IMG/VR virus record: IMGVR_UViG_3300027804_000057
Span: 1-64,000 of that record
Reading direction: 5' to 3' (one strand)
Length of the DNA stretch: 64,000 nucleotides
Origin: a virus
Lineage: Duplodnaviria > Caudoviricetes
Shown: positions 42,538 to 50,741 of the stretch, in pieces
Layout of the letters: every line of letters begins with the position of its first letter
Position numbering within the stretch: the first letter of the stretch is position 1
The notes under the pieces: model-generated
Database searches by the model: none
Told to the model about the DNA's origin: nothing
The model's input: the letters and a program-made list of their open reading frames with translations, nothing else
Program-made: the position numbers and the translations under genes

Positions 42538-42753
42538 ATGACAGACTTAGAAAACAGGCCTGCTCCAACAGCAGAACAAATTGCACAAGCAAGAGAAAAT
42601 GCAATAAATGCAGAACGACCAGCATCATGGACATGGAATGAGGAGTCAGTATCATATGTTGCACCAGTCGCTATTCCAACCGATGGTTATCCATACTTGT
42701 GGGATGAAGCTACAACTAATTGGGTACCGTTTCCAGATTATCCTAGAGGTTAA
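42538..42753 (+). CDS. Small Trp/Pro-rich hypothetical protein, possibly fibre-assembly related (71 aa)
   Basis: P.SWTWNE...APVAIP.DG..Y.WDE.T.NW pattern; SD AAAGGA; closes the fibre island. Confidence 0.55.
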   Translation: MTDLENRPAPTAEQIAQARENAINAERPASWTWNEESVSYVAPVAIPTDGYPYLWDEATTNWVPFPDYPRG

Positions 42754-42762
42754 TTTTTAACA

Positions 42763-42770
42763 CATAAATA
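42763..42770 (+). promoter_or_regulatory. Putative late promoter CATAAATA upstream of gp13
   Basis: 7/8 match, intergenic. Confidence 0.6.
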
Positions 42771-42796
42771 TACCTCATAAGTTAAGAATATAAAAA

Positions 42797-43750
42797 ATGG
42801 CTGCACCTTCAACAAGAACAGAATTTAAAGACTATTGTCTGCGTAGACTAGGGTTTCCCGTTATTCAAATTAACGTGGATGATGACCAAGTTGACGACCG
42901 TATTGATGATGCTTTACAGTTTTTCCACGACTATCATTTTGATGGTGTTGAAAAGATTTACATGAAGCACAGAATTACACAAGATGATATTGACCGTAAA
43001 TTCATTTACTGTCCTGATCCAGTTATTTTTGTAACTAAAATATTTCCGTTTGATGATTCCAATTCATCAATCAATATGTTTGACCTTCGTTATCAATTGC
43101 GTCTACATGATTTGTATGACTTCACATCGGTATCTTATGTGTCATATGAAATCACTATGCAACACATCACAACACTAAACATGTTGTTCTCTGGTTACCC
43201 ACAACACCGATTCAATCGTCATCAAAACAAAATCTTTTTAGACATTGATTGGTCACGTGATGCGACTTTAGGTGAATATGTGGTTATTGAATGTTATCGT
43301 AAGTTAGCGCCAGATACAGTGATACTAACAGGCACAGTTACGGCAACAAACACATCAAACGTAATGACTGGAACAGGTACAACATTCGACCAACAAATTC
43401 TTGAGGGTGATATCATTACAGTTGGTGGGCAAGATGTACAAGTTAATCGCATCATTTCACCAACACAAGCATATCTAACCACAAACTTAACGACAAGTGT
43501 GACTGATGCGACAGCCACAAAGACTGGTGTGTCTGATGTTTGGGATGATAGATTTTTAAAACAGTATGCCACGGCGTTGATTAAATACCAGTGGGGTACT
43601 AACTTGTCAAAATTTGCTGGTGTACAGATGCCAGGTGGAGTCACGTTAGATGGTCCTCGAATTATGGCTGAAGCACAAGTAGAAATCGATAAGATTGAAA
43701 CTGAGATGCAAGCTTATAACGTTCTACCTCCAGAAATTTTGACTGGTTAA
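42797..43750 (+). CDS. gp13: Neck protein gp13 with an inserted beta domain
   Basis: YCLRRLGFPVIQINVDDDQVDDRIDDALQFF.DYHFDG; W.DRFLKQYATALIK.QWG.NLSKF.GVQMPGGVTLDG. Confidence 0.92.
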   Translation: MAAPSTRTEFKDYCLRRLGFPVIQINVDDDQVDDRIDDALQFFHDYHFDGVEKIYMKHRITQDDIDRKFIYCPDPVIFVTKIFPFDDSNSSINMFDLRYQLRLHDLYDFTSVSYVSYEITMQHITTLNMLFSGYPQHRFNRHQNKIFLDIDWSRDATLGEYVVIECYRKLAPDTVILTGTVTATNTSNVMTGTGTTFDQQILEGDIITVGGQDVQVNRIISPTQAYLTTNLTTSVTDATATKTGVSDVWDDRFLKQYATALIKYQWGTNLSKFAGVQMPGGVTLDGPRIMAEAQVEIDKIETEMQAYNVLPPEILTG

Positions 43751-43753
43751 TGA

Positions 43754-44698
43754 ATGCCTACAAATTTTTACTTTCAACCATTTCCAACAGGAATTACCCA
43801 AGAACAACTACTTGTTGAAGACTTGGTGATTGAGGCCATGCAACAGTATGGTATGGACGTGTTTTACCTACCACGTTCTAGTGCAGACCCTAATGGTCCT
43901 GACACATTGTATGGTGAAGATACACTCAAACAATATAGAGTTGCATTTCCAATTGAAGTATATTTGGAGAATGTTACTGGTATGGATGGTGAACAAGATT
44001 TCATCTCTAAATTTGGACTTGAGATTCGAGATGAATTAACATTACTAATTTCTCGCCGCAGATTTAAGTATGCCTCAGGTGCCACAAACTATAGTATACC
44101 TAGACTTGGTGACTTAGTTATTAACTCTGGACCAAAACGACCAATGGAAGGTGATTTAATTTACATTCCATTGATGCAAAACTTTTTTGAAGTAACTTTT
44201 GTTGAACACGAAAATGATCAAGCAATGTTTTATACATTAGGTCGTGGACGTGGTGGTAATGTTTATGTTTATGCACTGAAACTTAAACAATTTGTATTAT
44301 CTGATGAGTTGATTCAAACTGGTCACACAGAGATAGATGAACAAGCATTTGATTCATACAAGAGAACACGTTTGGATGTACCTATCAATGGCACAGGCAA
44401 ATTTACAGTTGGTGAATTTGTTTATCAAGGCAATTCTTTGGCAACTGCCAATGCGGTGGCCACGGTGCATACAACAGTTCCTGGTAGACACTTAGATGTG
44501 GTTAATGTCAAGGGTCAGTTTACAGTTGGTGTCACCATCATTGGCGCAACAAGTGGTGCAACATGGGCACTAGAAACTGCAGCTGACGATATGCCAACAG
44601 ACAGTGTGTTTGAAGATGTTGCCGATAATAATATTATTCAAGATGAAGCTGGCGACATACTCGACTTCACTGAACACAACCCATTTGGTGAACCTTAA
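43754..44698 (+). CDS. gp14: Neck protein gp14
   Basis: EQLLVEDLVIEA..YG.DVFYLPR, SKFGLEIRDE, RPMEGDLIY.P, C-terminal DILDFTE.NPFGE. Confidence 0.92.
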   Translation: MPTNFYFQPFPTGITQEQLLVEDLVIEAMQQYGMDVFYLPRSSADPNGPDTLYGEDTLKQYRVAFPIEVYLENVTGMDGEQDFISKFGLEIRDELTLLISRRRFKYASGATNYSIPRLGDLVINSGPKRPMEGDLIYIPLMQNFFEVTFVEHENDQAMFYTLGRGRGGNVYVYALKLKQFVLSDELIQTGHTEIDEQAFDSYKRTRLDVPINGTGKFTVGEFVYQGNSLATANAVATVHTTVPGRHLDVVNVKGQFTVGVTIIGATSGATWALETAADDMPTDSVFEDVADNNIIQDEAGDILDFTEHNPFGEP

Positions 44699-45495
44699 TG
44701 TTAGGTAATGCACATTTCTATAACAGAACCATACGAAAAGTTGTCGTTGGTTTTGGCACACTATTTAACGACATTCAGTTGATTCGTTACACCAGAGATA
44801 TGGCAACAGAGGTCGAAAGATTTAAAGTGCCTCTGTCTTATGGTGCCAAAGAAAAATACTTAACTCGTTTGGCTTCCGATCCAGACCTAACAAAATCTAT
44901 TGCAATAACTGTACCTAGAATCTCATTTGATATGGTAGGTATGTCATATGATTCTAGTCGCAAAGGTGTTACAACCAACCGAAACTTCTCTCTTGGTACA
45001 AATAACACATCATTAAAATCTCAATACGGACCAATACCATATAACTTTGATTTTAACTTATCAGTATATGTTCGTAATACAGAAGATGGTGCTCAGATTA
45101 TGGAACAAATACTTCCATTCTTTACACCAGATTTTACTGTAACAATGGATTTTATTCCTGGTATGGATCAAAAGTATGACATGCCAATCATATTAAATTC
45201 TGTTTCTACGACTACAGACTATGAAGGTGACATGATGAGTACCCGTTTGATTCTATGGGACTTGACATTCACTGCCAAAGCGTTCATCTGGCCACCAGTT
45301 AAAACAAGTGAGATGATTACTACATCTACTGCAAACACATATTTGAATTTTGCCAACTCTGCAAATGGTGACATTATAACATCAAATACATTTACACAGA
45401 ATTCAATTATATCTTCCGTACAAACTAGACCAAGTCCTAACACTGCTGGTCCAGATGATGAATTTGGATTTGCAGAAACTATTACGTACTTTTAA
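44698..45495 (+). CDS. gp15: Tail sheath stabiliser / completion protein gp15
   Basis: HFYNRTIRKVVVGFGTLFNDI, KVPLSYG.KEKYL, PRISF, DGAQIMEQILPFF.PDF. Confidence 0.92.
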   Translation: MLGNAHFYNRTIRKVVVGFGTLFNDIQLIRYTRDMATEVERFKVPLSYGAKEKYLTRLASDPDLTKSIAITVPRISFDMVGMSYDSSRKGVTTNRNFSLGTNNTSLKSQYGPIPYNFDFNLSVYVRNTEDGAQIMEQILPFFTPDFTVTMDFIPGMDQKYDMPIILNSVSTTTDYEGDMMSTRLILWDLTFTAKAFIWPPVKTSEMITTSTANTYLNFANSANGDIITSNTFTQNSIISSVQTRPSPNTAGPDDEFGFAETITYF

Positions 45496-45497
45496 TT

Positions 45498-45893
45498 ATG
45501 AAAAAATTAGATGAAAATTTATCTCAACTGTTGGAGATAGAACCATTGGAATCTGCTGGTCAGTTAGTACACACTGACTTAACACCAGATATTGCTGATG
45601 ATGCTGAGTTTGCTCGGCAAAATATACGTGAGATGATTACCAAAGGTAACTCTGCAATGGACACTTTGATACACGTTGCTAAAGATACTCATCACCCAAG
45701 AGCATTCGAGGTTGTGGCCACAATGCTTAAGAATATGTCTGACCTAAATAAAGACCTAATGGAAATTCAAAAGCGTAAAAAAGATTTAGCACCAAAATCC
45801 ATGAGTGATAAATCAATGAATATAGATAAGGCTGTGTTTGTTGGTTCAACCACAGAATTGGTAAAGTTTTTAAAGTCAAATAAAGAGAAATAA
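45498..45893 (+). CDS. gp16: Terminase small subunit gp16
   Basis: DD.EFARQN...HPRAFEVVA.MLK and C-terminal AVFVGSTTEL.KFL. Confidence 0.88.
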   Translation: MKKLDENLSQLLEIEPLESAGQLVHTDLTPDIADDAEFARQNIREMITKGNSAMDTLIHVAKDTHHPRAFEVVATMLKNMSDLNKDLMEIQKRKKDLAPKSMSDKSMNIDKAVFVGSTTELVKFLKSNKEK

Positions 45894-45894
45894 T

Positions 45895-46329
45895 ATGGAA
45901 CAATTAATTCAACAATTGAAAGTTATACTAGGCACAAATTTTGCCTTGTATTTTAAGGCACACGGATTTCACTGGAATGTAGAAGGTGTAAACTTCCAAC
46001 AGTACCACGATTTCTTTGCTGAGTTGTATACATCAATATTTAATAATACTGATTTAATTGCCGAAAAGATTCGTATGTTGGATGCATATGCACCAGGTTC
46101 GTTATTGAGAATGTTGGAATTGGCAGACGTAGAAGAATCAGCAATCATTCCTTCTCCAATTTCTATGATGGCAGAATTGAAAAGAGATAACGATAGAATG
46201 ATGGTTCATCTCCGTGCAGGTATTGTTGCTGCTGACCAAGCAGGAGAACCAGCTATTGGTAATTTCTTGCAAGACTTGTTAGACCAACACCAAAAACATG
46301 CATGGATGTTAAGAAGTTTTATTAAATAA
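45895..46329 (+). CDS. dps: Dps-family ferritin-like DNA-protection protein
   Basis: KAHGFHWNVEGVNF..YH...D.IAEKIR.L ferroxidase signature and C-terminal HQKHAWMLRS. Confidence 0.88.
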   Translation: MEQLIQQLKVILGTNFALYFKAHGFHWNVEGVNFQQYHDFFAELYTSIFNNTDLIAEKIRMLDAYAPGSLLRMLELADVEESAIIPSPISMMAELKRDNDRMMVHLRAGIVAADQAGEPAIGNFLQDLLDQHQKHAWMLRSFIK

Positions 46330-46341
46330 TGGGTGTTGTAA

Positions 46342-47982
46342 ATGATTGATGCTGGTGGGTATCTAGGAAATGCCAACCTCAAACGTATTGGTGTAGAGTT
46401 ATCTTACACCGAAGAACAAGTTGCCGAGATTATAAAATGTACTGAAGATCCAGTTTACTTCATTAAGACATACGTTAAGATTGTTAACGTTGACCGTGGT
46501 CTTGTGCCATTCGAAATGTGGCCATTCCAAGAGGACATGGTACGAACATTCCATGAAAATCGATTCTGTATCGCAAAGATGCCTCGTCAGGTTGGTAAAA
46601 CAACTACGACTGTGGGTTTCATGTTGTGGTCTATTCTATTTCAAGACGATTATAGTATTGCCATTCTGGCCAACAAAGGTTCACTGGCACGTGACATTTT
46701 AGGTCGTGTACAGTATGCCTATGAATATTTACCACTTTGGTTACAACAAGGTATCATTACTTGGAACAAAGGTAACATTGAACTTGAAAACAAATCAAAG
46801 ATTGGTGCATTTGCCACTTCTGCTGCTGGCGTTCGAGGTGGTTCATATAACTTGATTTTCTTGGACGAATTTGCGTTCGTTCCAAAGAATATGGCTGACG
46901 AATTCTTTACGTCAACCTATCCGGTTATCTCATCTGGTAAGACTACCAAAGTTATTATTGTTTCTACACCATATGGCCTAAACCACTTCTATAAGATGTG
47001 GGTTGATGCAACAGAGAAACGTTCGACCTATAAACCATTAGAGGTTCATTGGTCACAAGTGCCAGGACGTGATGCCGCATGGAAAGAAGAGACCATACGT
47101 AACACATCAGAAGAACAGTTCCGACAAGAGTTTGAGACAGAATTCATTGGTTCATCGGCAACATTAATCTCTGGTTCTAAATTGAGGTCACTGGCATTCT
47201 TTGACCCTTTGAAACAAGAAGATTGTTTAGATATCTACCAAGACCCAATTCCAGGACACCTATACATCGGTTGTGTGGATTGTTCTGAAGGTGTTGCACA
47301 AGATTACTCAACGATTAATATACTTGATGTGTCTCAAGTTCCATACAGGCAAGTTGCAAAATATCGAAACAATAAACTACCATTGTTATTTTTACCTACA
47401 GTTGTTTATGCATTATGTAAAAGATACAATACAGCATTTGCGTTGATTGAGACTAATAACATTGGCCAACAGGTTGTGGACATTCTTCACTATGACCTGG
47501 AATATGAGAACATATATAAGCTAGAACACCATCATATTAAAGGACAATCAATTTCAGGTGGTTTCAAGCGTTCTACATCATTCGGTATCAAGACCACAAA
47601 ATCAGTCAAAAAGATTGGTTGTGCCAACTTGAAGACCTTGATTGAAAATGACAAGTTAATTATCAATGACTTTGACACAATTGCCGAACTTAATACGTTT
47701 GTGCGAGTTCGAGACAGTTATGAGGCAGAAGAAGGTAACAACGATGACTTAGTTATGGGTCTGGTGTTATTCTCTTGGTTAACTGCACAAAGTTATTTTA
47801 AAGAAGATACCAATATCGACATCCGTAAGATGATGTTAGAGGAACAAAATATGTTAGGTGACGAAGATTTGGCACCAGTAGGTATTATTGACGATGGCAG
47901 ACCAGAGCCAGTAATTGATTCTGGTGGTACAGTATGGCAAGATGATGTTAGAAGCCGAGGTTATATATCCTCAAATTTTTAA
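46342..47982 (+). CDS. gp17: Terminase large subunit gp17
   Basis: YLGNANLKR, Walker A PRQVGKTT, Walker B IFLDEFAF, VSTP.G.NHFYK, nuclease VD.SEG..QDYS and NDDLVM. Confidence 0.97.
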   Translation: MIDAGGYLGNANLKRIGVELSYTEEQVAEIIKCTEDPVYFIKTYVKIVNVDRGLVPFEMWPFQEDMVRTFHENRFCIAKMPRQVGKTTTTVGFMLWSILFQDDYSIAILANKGSLARDILGRVQYAYEYLPLWLQQGIITWNKGNIELENKSKIGAFATSAAGVRGGSYNLIFLDEFAFVPKNMADEFFTSTYPVISSGKTTKVIIVSTPYGLNHFYKMWVDATEKRSTYKPLEVHWSQVPGRDAAWKEETIRNTSEEQFRQEFETEFIGSSATLISGSKLRSLAFFDPLKQEDCLDIYQDPIPGHLYIGCVDCSEGVAQDYSTINILDVSQVPYRQVAKYRNNKLPLLFLPTVVYALCKRYNTAFALIETNNIGQQVVDILHYDLEYENIYKLEHHHIKGQSISGGFKRSTSFGIKTTKSVKKIGCANLKTLIENDKLIINDFDTIAELNTFVRVRDSYEAEEGNNDDLVMGLVLFSWLTAQSYFKEDTNIDIRKMMLEEQNMLGDEDLAPVGIIDDGRPEPVIDSGGTVWQDDVRSRGYISSNF

Positions 47983-47985
47983 AAA

Positions 47986-47993
47986 CATAAATA
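47986..47993 (+). promoter_or_regulatory. Late promoter CATAAATA upstream of gp18
   Basis: 7/8 match, intergenic, with an AAGGAG SD downstream. Confidence 0.65.
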
Positions 47994-48040
47994 CAACATA
48001 CATTAAAAAAATAATTCAGCCCTTAAAAGGAGATTAAACC

Positions 48041-49717
48041 ATGGCTTTTCAATTATCACCAGGCGTGAATGTTTCAGAAGTTGACCTTACAACTGTTGTG
48101 CCTTCCACAGCAACAACTATTGGTGGTTTTGCCGGAAATTTTAACTGGGGACCAGTGAATGAGATTATCACAATTAGTAATGAAGTCCAATTAGTAGAAA
48201 AATTCGGTAAACCAGATAGCAACACCGCAACATCATTCTTCACAGCAGCAAACTTTTTACAATATGGTTCAGATTTGAGAGTTATTCGCTCAGTAGGTTC
48301 TACAGCAAATAATGCAACAAACACTGGAACACCTGTAAGAGTACTCAACAAGACAAATTACGAACAAAACTTTGCAGCAGGAAGTAATTCAATTCAGTGG
48401 GCGGCAAAGTATCCAGGTTCACTAGGTAATGCACTACGTGTTTCGATGGCTGACGCCAACGTATCAACAGGTTGGACATACTCAGGTGAATTTAGTACAA
48501 CACCTACTACTTCCACATATGCATCCAGAGCAGCAGCTTCAAATGATGAAATTCATATTGTTGTTGTTGATATGACAGGTGCTATCACAGGTACAGCAAA
48601 CACAGTTGTTGAAAAATTTGGTTTCGTTTCTAAAGCAGGCGATGCTAAGAATACAGATGGTTCTTCCAACTATTATAAAGATGTTATCAATAGTCAATCT
48701 AAGTATATTTGGTGGATGGGTCACCCAGACACTGGTGCAAACTGGGGTCAAACTGCTATTCAAGTAGCAACAACTGGTGCTTATAATGGTTTGGCAGTTA
48801 ACAACTTTGACTTGTCTGCAGGTAAAGATACTGCACCAACTGCAGGTAACAGAAACACATCTTATGATTTGTTTAACAATGTTGATTCTGTTGATGTTTC
48901 TCTATTGATGGCCGGTGAAACTTCAGATGATGTAGTACCTGACCGACTAATTTCTATTGCCGAGTCACGCAAAGATTGTATGGTGTTTATTTCTCCACCA
49001 TTAACTTCTGTGTTGAACAACTCAGGTTTAGAAGCATCAACTGTTAAAACTTATCGTGATACCATTACATCTTCTTCATACGCAGTTATGGATTGTGGAT
49101 GGAAATATCAATACGACAAATACAATGACATTTATCGTTGGTTGCCATTGAACGGTGATATTGCCGGTCTATTGGTTAGAACTGACGTTGACCGTGACCC
49201 ATGGTTCTCACCAGCTGGGTTGAACAGAGGTCAAATTAAGAACGTTGTTAAATTGGCATGGAGTCCAACAAAATCTGAGAGAGATACATTGTACAATGCA
49301 GGTATTAATCCTGTTGTAACCTTCCCAGGTGAAGGTACTGTATTGTTCGGTGATAAAACTCTATTGAACAGACCAGAAGCAATGGACAGAATTAACGTTC
49401 GTAGATTGTTTATTGTACTAGAGAAAACAGTTGCTCGTGCATCTCGTTCTTCATTGTTTGAATTTAACGATGAATTCACACGTGCTCAGTTTGTTAACTT
49501 GGTTGAACCGTATTTGCGTGAAATCCAAGGCCGCCGTGGTATCTATGACTTCCGTGTTGTTTGTGATACTACAAATAACACACCAGAGGTCATAGACCGC
49601 AATGAGTTTGTTGGTGACATTTATGTTAAACCAGCCCGTTCCATCAACTTCATCCAACTAAACTTTGTTGCAGTCCGTACTGGTGTTGCATTCAATGAAA
49701 TCGTTGGACGATTCTAA
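48041..49717 (+). CDS. gp18: Tail sheath protein gp18 (558 aa)
   Basis: MAFQLSPGVNVSEVDLT, PWFSPAG.NRGQIK, RINVRRLF, KPARSINFIQLNFVA.RTGV.F. Confidence 0.97.
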   Translation: MAFQLSPGVNVSEVDLTTVVPSTATTIGGFAGNFNWGPVNEIITISNEVQLVEKFGKPDSNTATSFFTAANFLQYGSDLRVIRSVGSTANNATNTGTPVRVLNKTNYEQNFAAGSNSIQWAAKYPGSLGNALRVSMADANVSTGWTYSGEFSTTPTTSTYASRAAASNDEIHIVVVDMTGAITGTANTVVEKFGFVSKAGDAKNTDGSSNYYKDVINSQSKYIWWMGHPDTGANWGQTAIQVATTGAYNGLAVNNFDLSAGKDTAPTAGNRNTSYDLFNNVDSVDVSLLMAGETSDDVVPDRLISIAESRKDCMVFISPPLTSVLNNSGLEASTVKTYRDTITSSSYAVMDCGWKYQYDKYNDIYRWLPLNGDIAGLLVRTDVDRDPWFSPAGLNRGQIKNVVKLAWSPTKSERDTLYNAGINPVVTFPGEGTVLFGDKTLLNRPEAMDRINVRRLFIVLEKTVARASRSSLFEFNDEFTRAQFVNLVEPYLREIQGRRGIYDFRVVCDTTNNTPEVIDRNEFVGDIYVKPARSINFIQLNFVAVRTGVAFNEIVGRF

Positions 49718-49723
49718 TAAATA
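49716..49723 (+). promoter_or_regulatory. Putative late promoter AATAAATA upstream of gp19
   Basis: 7/8 match overlapping the gp18 stop. Confidence 0.55.
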
Positions 49724-49743
49724 GAGAGATAGGAGAAAATTAA

Positions 49744-50289
49744 ATGGCATTTAATATTAACGAATTCCGCTCTCAAATGCAGGGTGATGGTGCGAGACCA
49801 AACCTCTTTGAGGTAACCATGCCTTTTCCGGCATTTGCTTTACCTGGTAATGCACAAACGAAATTATCATTCATGTGTAAGACCGCACAACTTCCAGGTT
49901 CTACTGTTGGTACTGTGCCTGTTCAATACTTCGGCCGTGAGTTGAAGTTTGTGGGCAACAGAACCTTCACTGATTGGACACTCTCAATCATCAATGATGA
50001 AGACTTTGTTGTGCGTAATGCATTTGAAAGATGGATGAATGGCCTGAACAGCCATAGTTTAAACGTTCGCAACCCATTGGCACAAACTCCAGGCAGTTAT
50101 ACTGTTGACGGAGAAGTTAAACAATTCGCCAAGAACGGTGACACGTTGAAGAAATATAAGTTTGTTGGTTTATTCCCAACAGACGTTTCTCCAATTGATG
50201 TTGACTGGGGTTCTAACGACTCAATTGAAGAATTCACGGTGACTCTATCATATCAATGGTGGGAATCCGTAGAAGATAACGTGGTTTGA
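49744..50289 (+). CDS. gp19: Tail tube protein gp19
   Basis: GARPNLFEV, FMCKTAQLPGS.VG...YFGRELK..G.RTF.DW, IEEFTVTLSYQWW. Confidence 0.97.
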   Translation: MAFNINEFRSQMQGDGARPNLFEVTMPFPAFALPGNAQTKLSFMCKTAQLPGSTVGTVPVQYFGRELKFVGNRTFTDWTLSIINDEDFVVRNAFERWMNGLNSHSLNVRNPLAQTPGSYTVDGEVKQFAKNGDTLKKYKFVGLFPTDVSPIDVDWGSNDSIEEFTVTLSYQWWESVEDNVV

Positions 50290-50297
50290 CGAAAGAG

Positions 50298-50324
50298 GGT
50301 GGAGTGTAAAAACTCCACCTTTTT
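50298..50324 (+). terminator. Intrinsic terminator after gp19
   Basis: Stem GGTGGAGT, loop GTAAAA, stem ACTCCACC, then TTTTT. Confidence 0.8.
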
Positions 50325-50330
50325 AGATAT

Positions 50331-50741
50331 ATGTCTTTATATTTGTTGGTAAAAGAACACAAAGTTACAGGATTAAAATATCTCTGTAAACATGAAGCAC
50401 AATCTTTAAAAGATTGTGTTTTGTATCGTGGTTCCGGAACATATTGGAAAAGACATTTAAAACATTTATCAGAACACATAAAAATAATTCAACCATTAGC
50501 GGCAAAAGCAGCCAAAGAAAAATTGACAGGTGTTAAAAAGTCCGAACAGCATAGATATAATATGTGTGGTGAAAGACCTCATGTTAATCAAACTGGTAGT
50601 AAAAATAATAATGCTAAAAAAATACAAACACCGTTTGGCATTTTTTATAGTATAAGTGAAGCATCAAAAAATATACAAGGATATACTTATAAAATGATTT
50701 GGTCTAGATTAAATAATGTTTCGGGATGGAGATATATCTAA
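50331..50741 (+). pseudogene. Probably degenerate, internally deleted GIY-YIG-like homing endonuclease
   Basis: N-terminal LYLLVKEHKVTGLKYLCKH...YRGSGTYWKRHLK is Seg/GIY-YIG-like, but it joins abruptly to C-terminal NUMOD-like DNA-binding motifs. Only 136 aa. Confidence 0.55.

Noticed and set aside
48041-49717. Short tail sheath (558 aa versus ~660 aa in T4) as a truncation
   Set aside because: N- and C-terminal conserved motifs are intact, and outer-domain length variation is ordinary in gp18.
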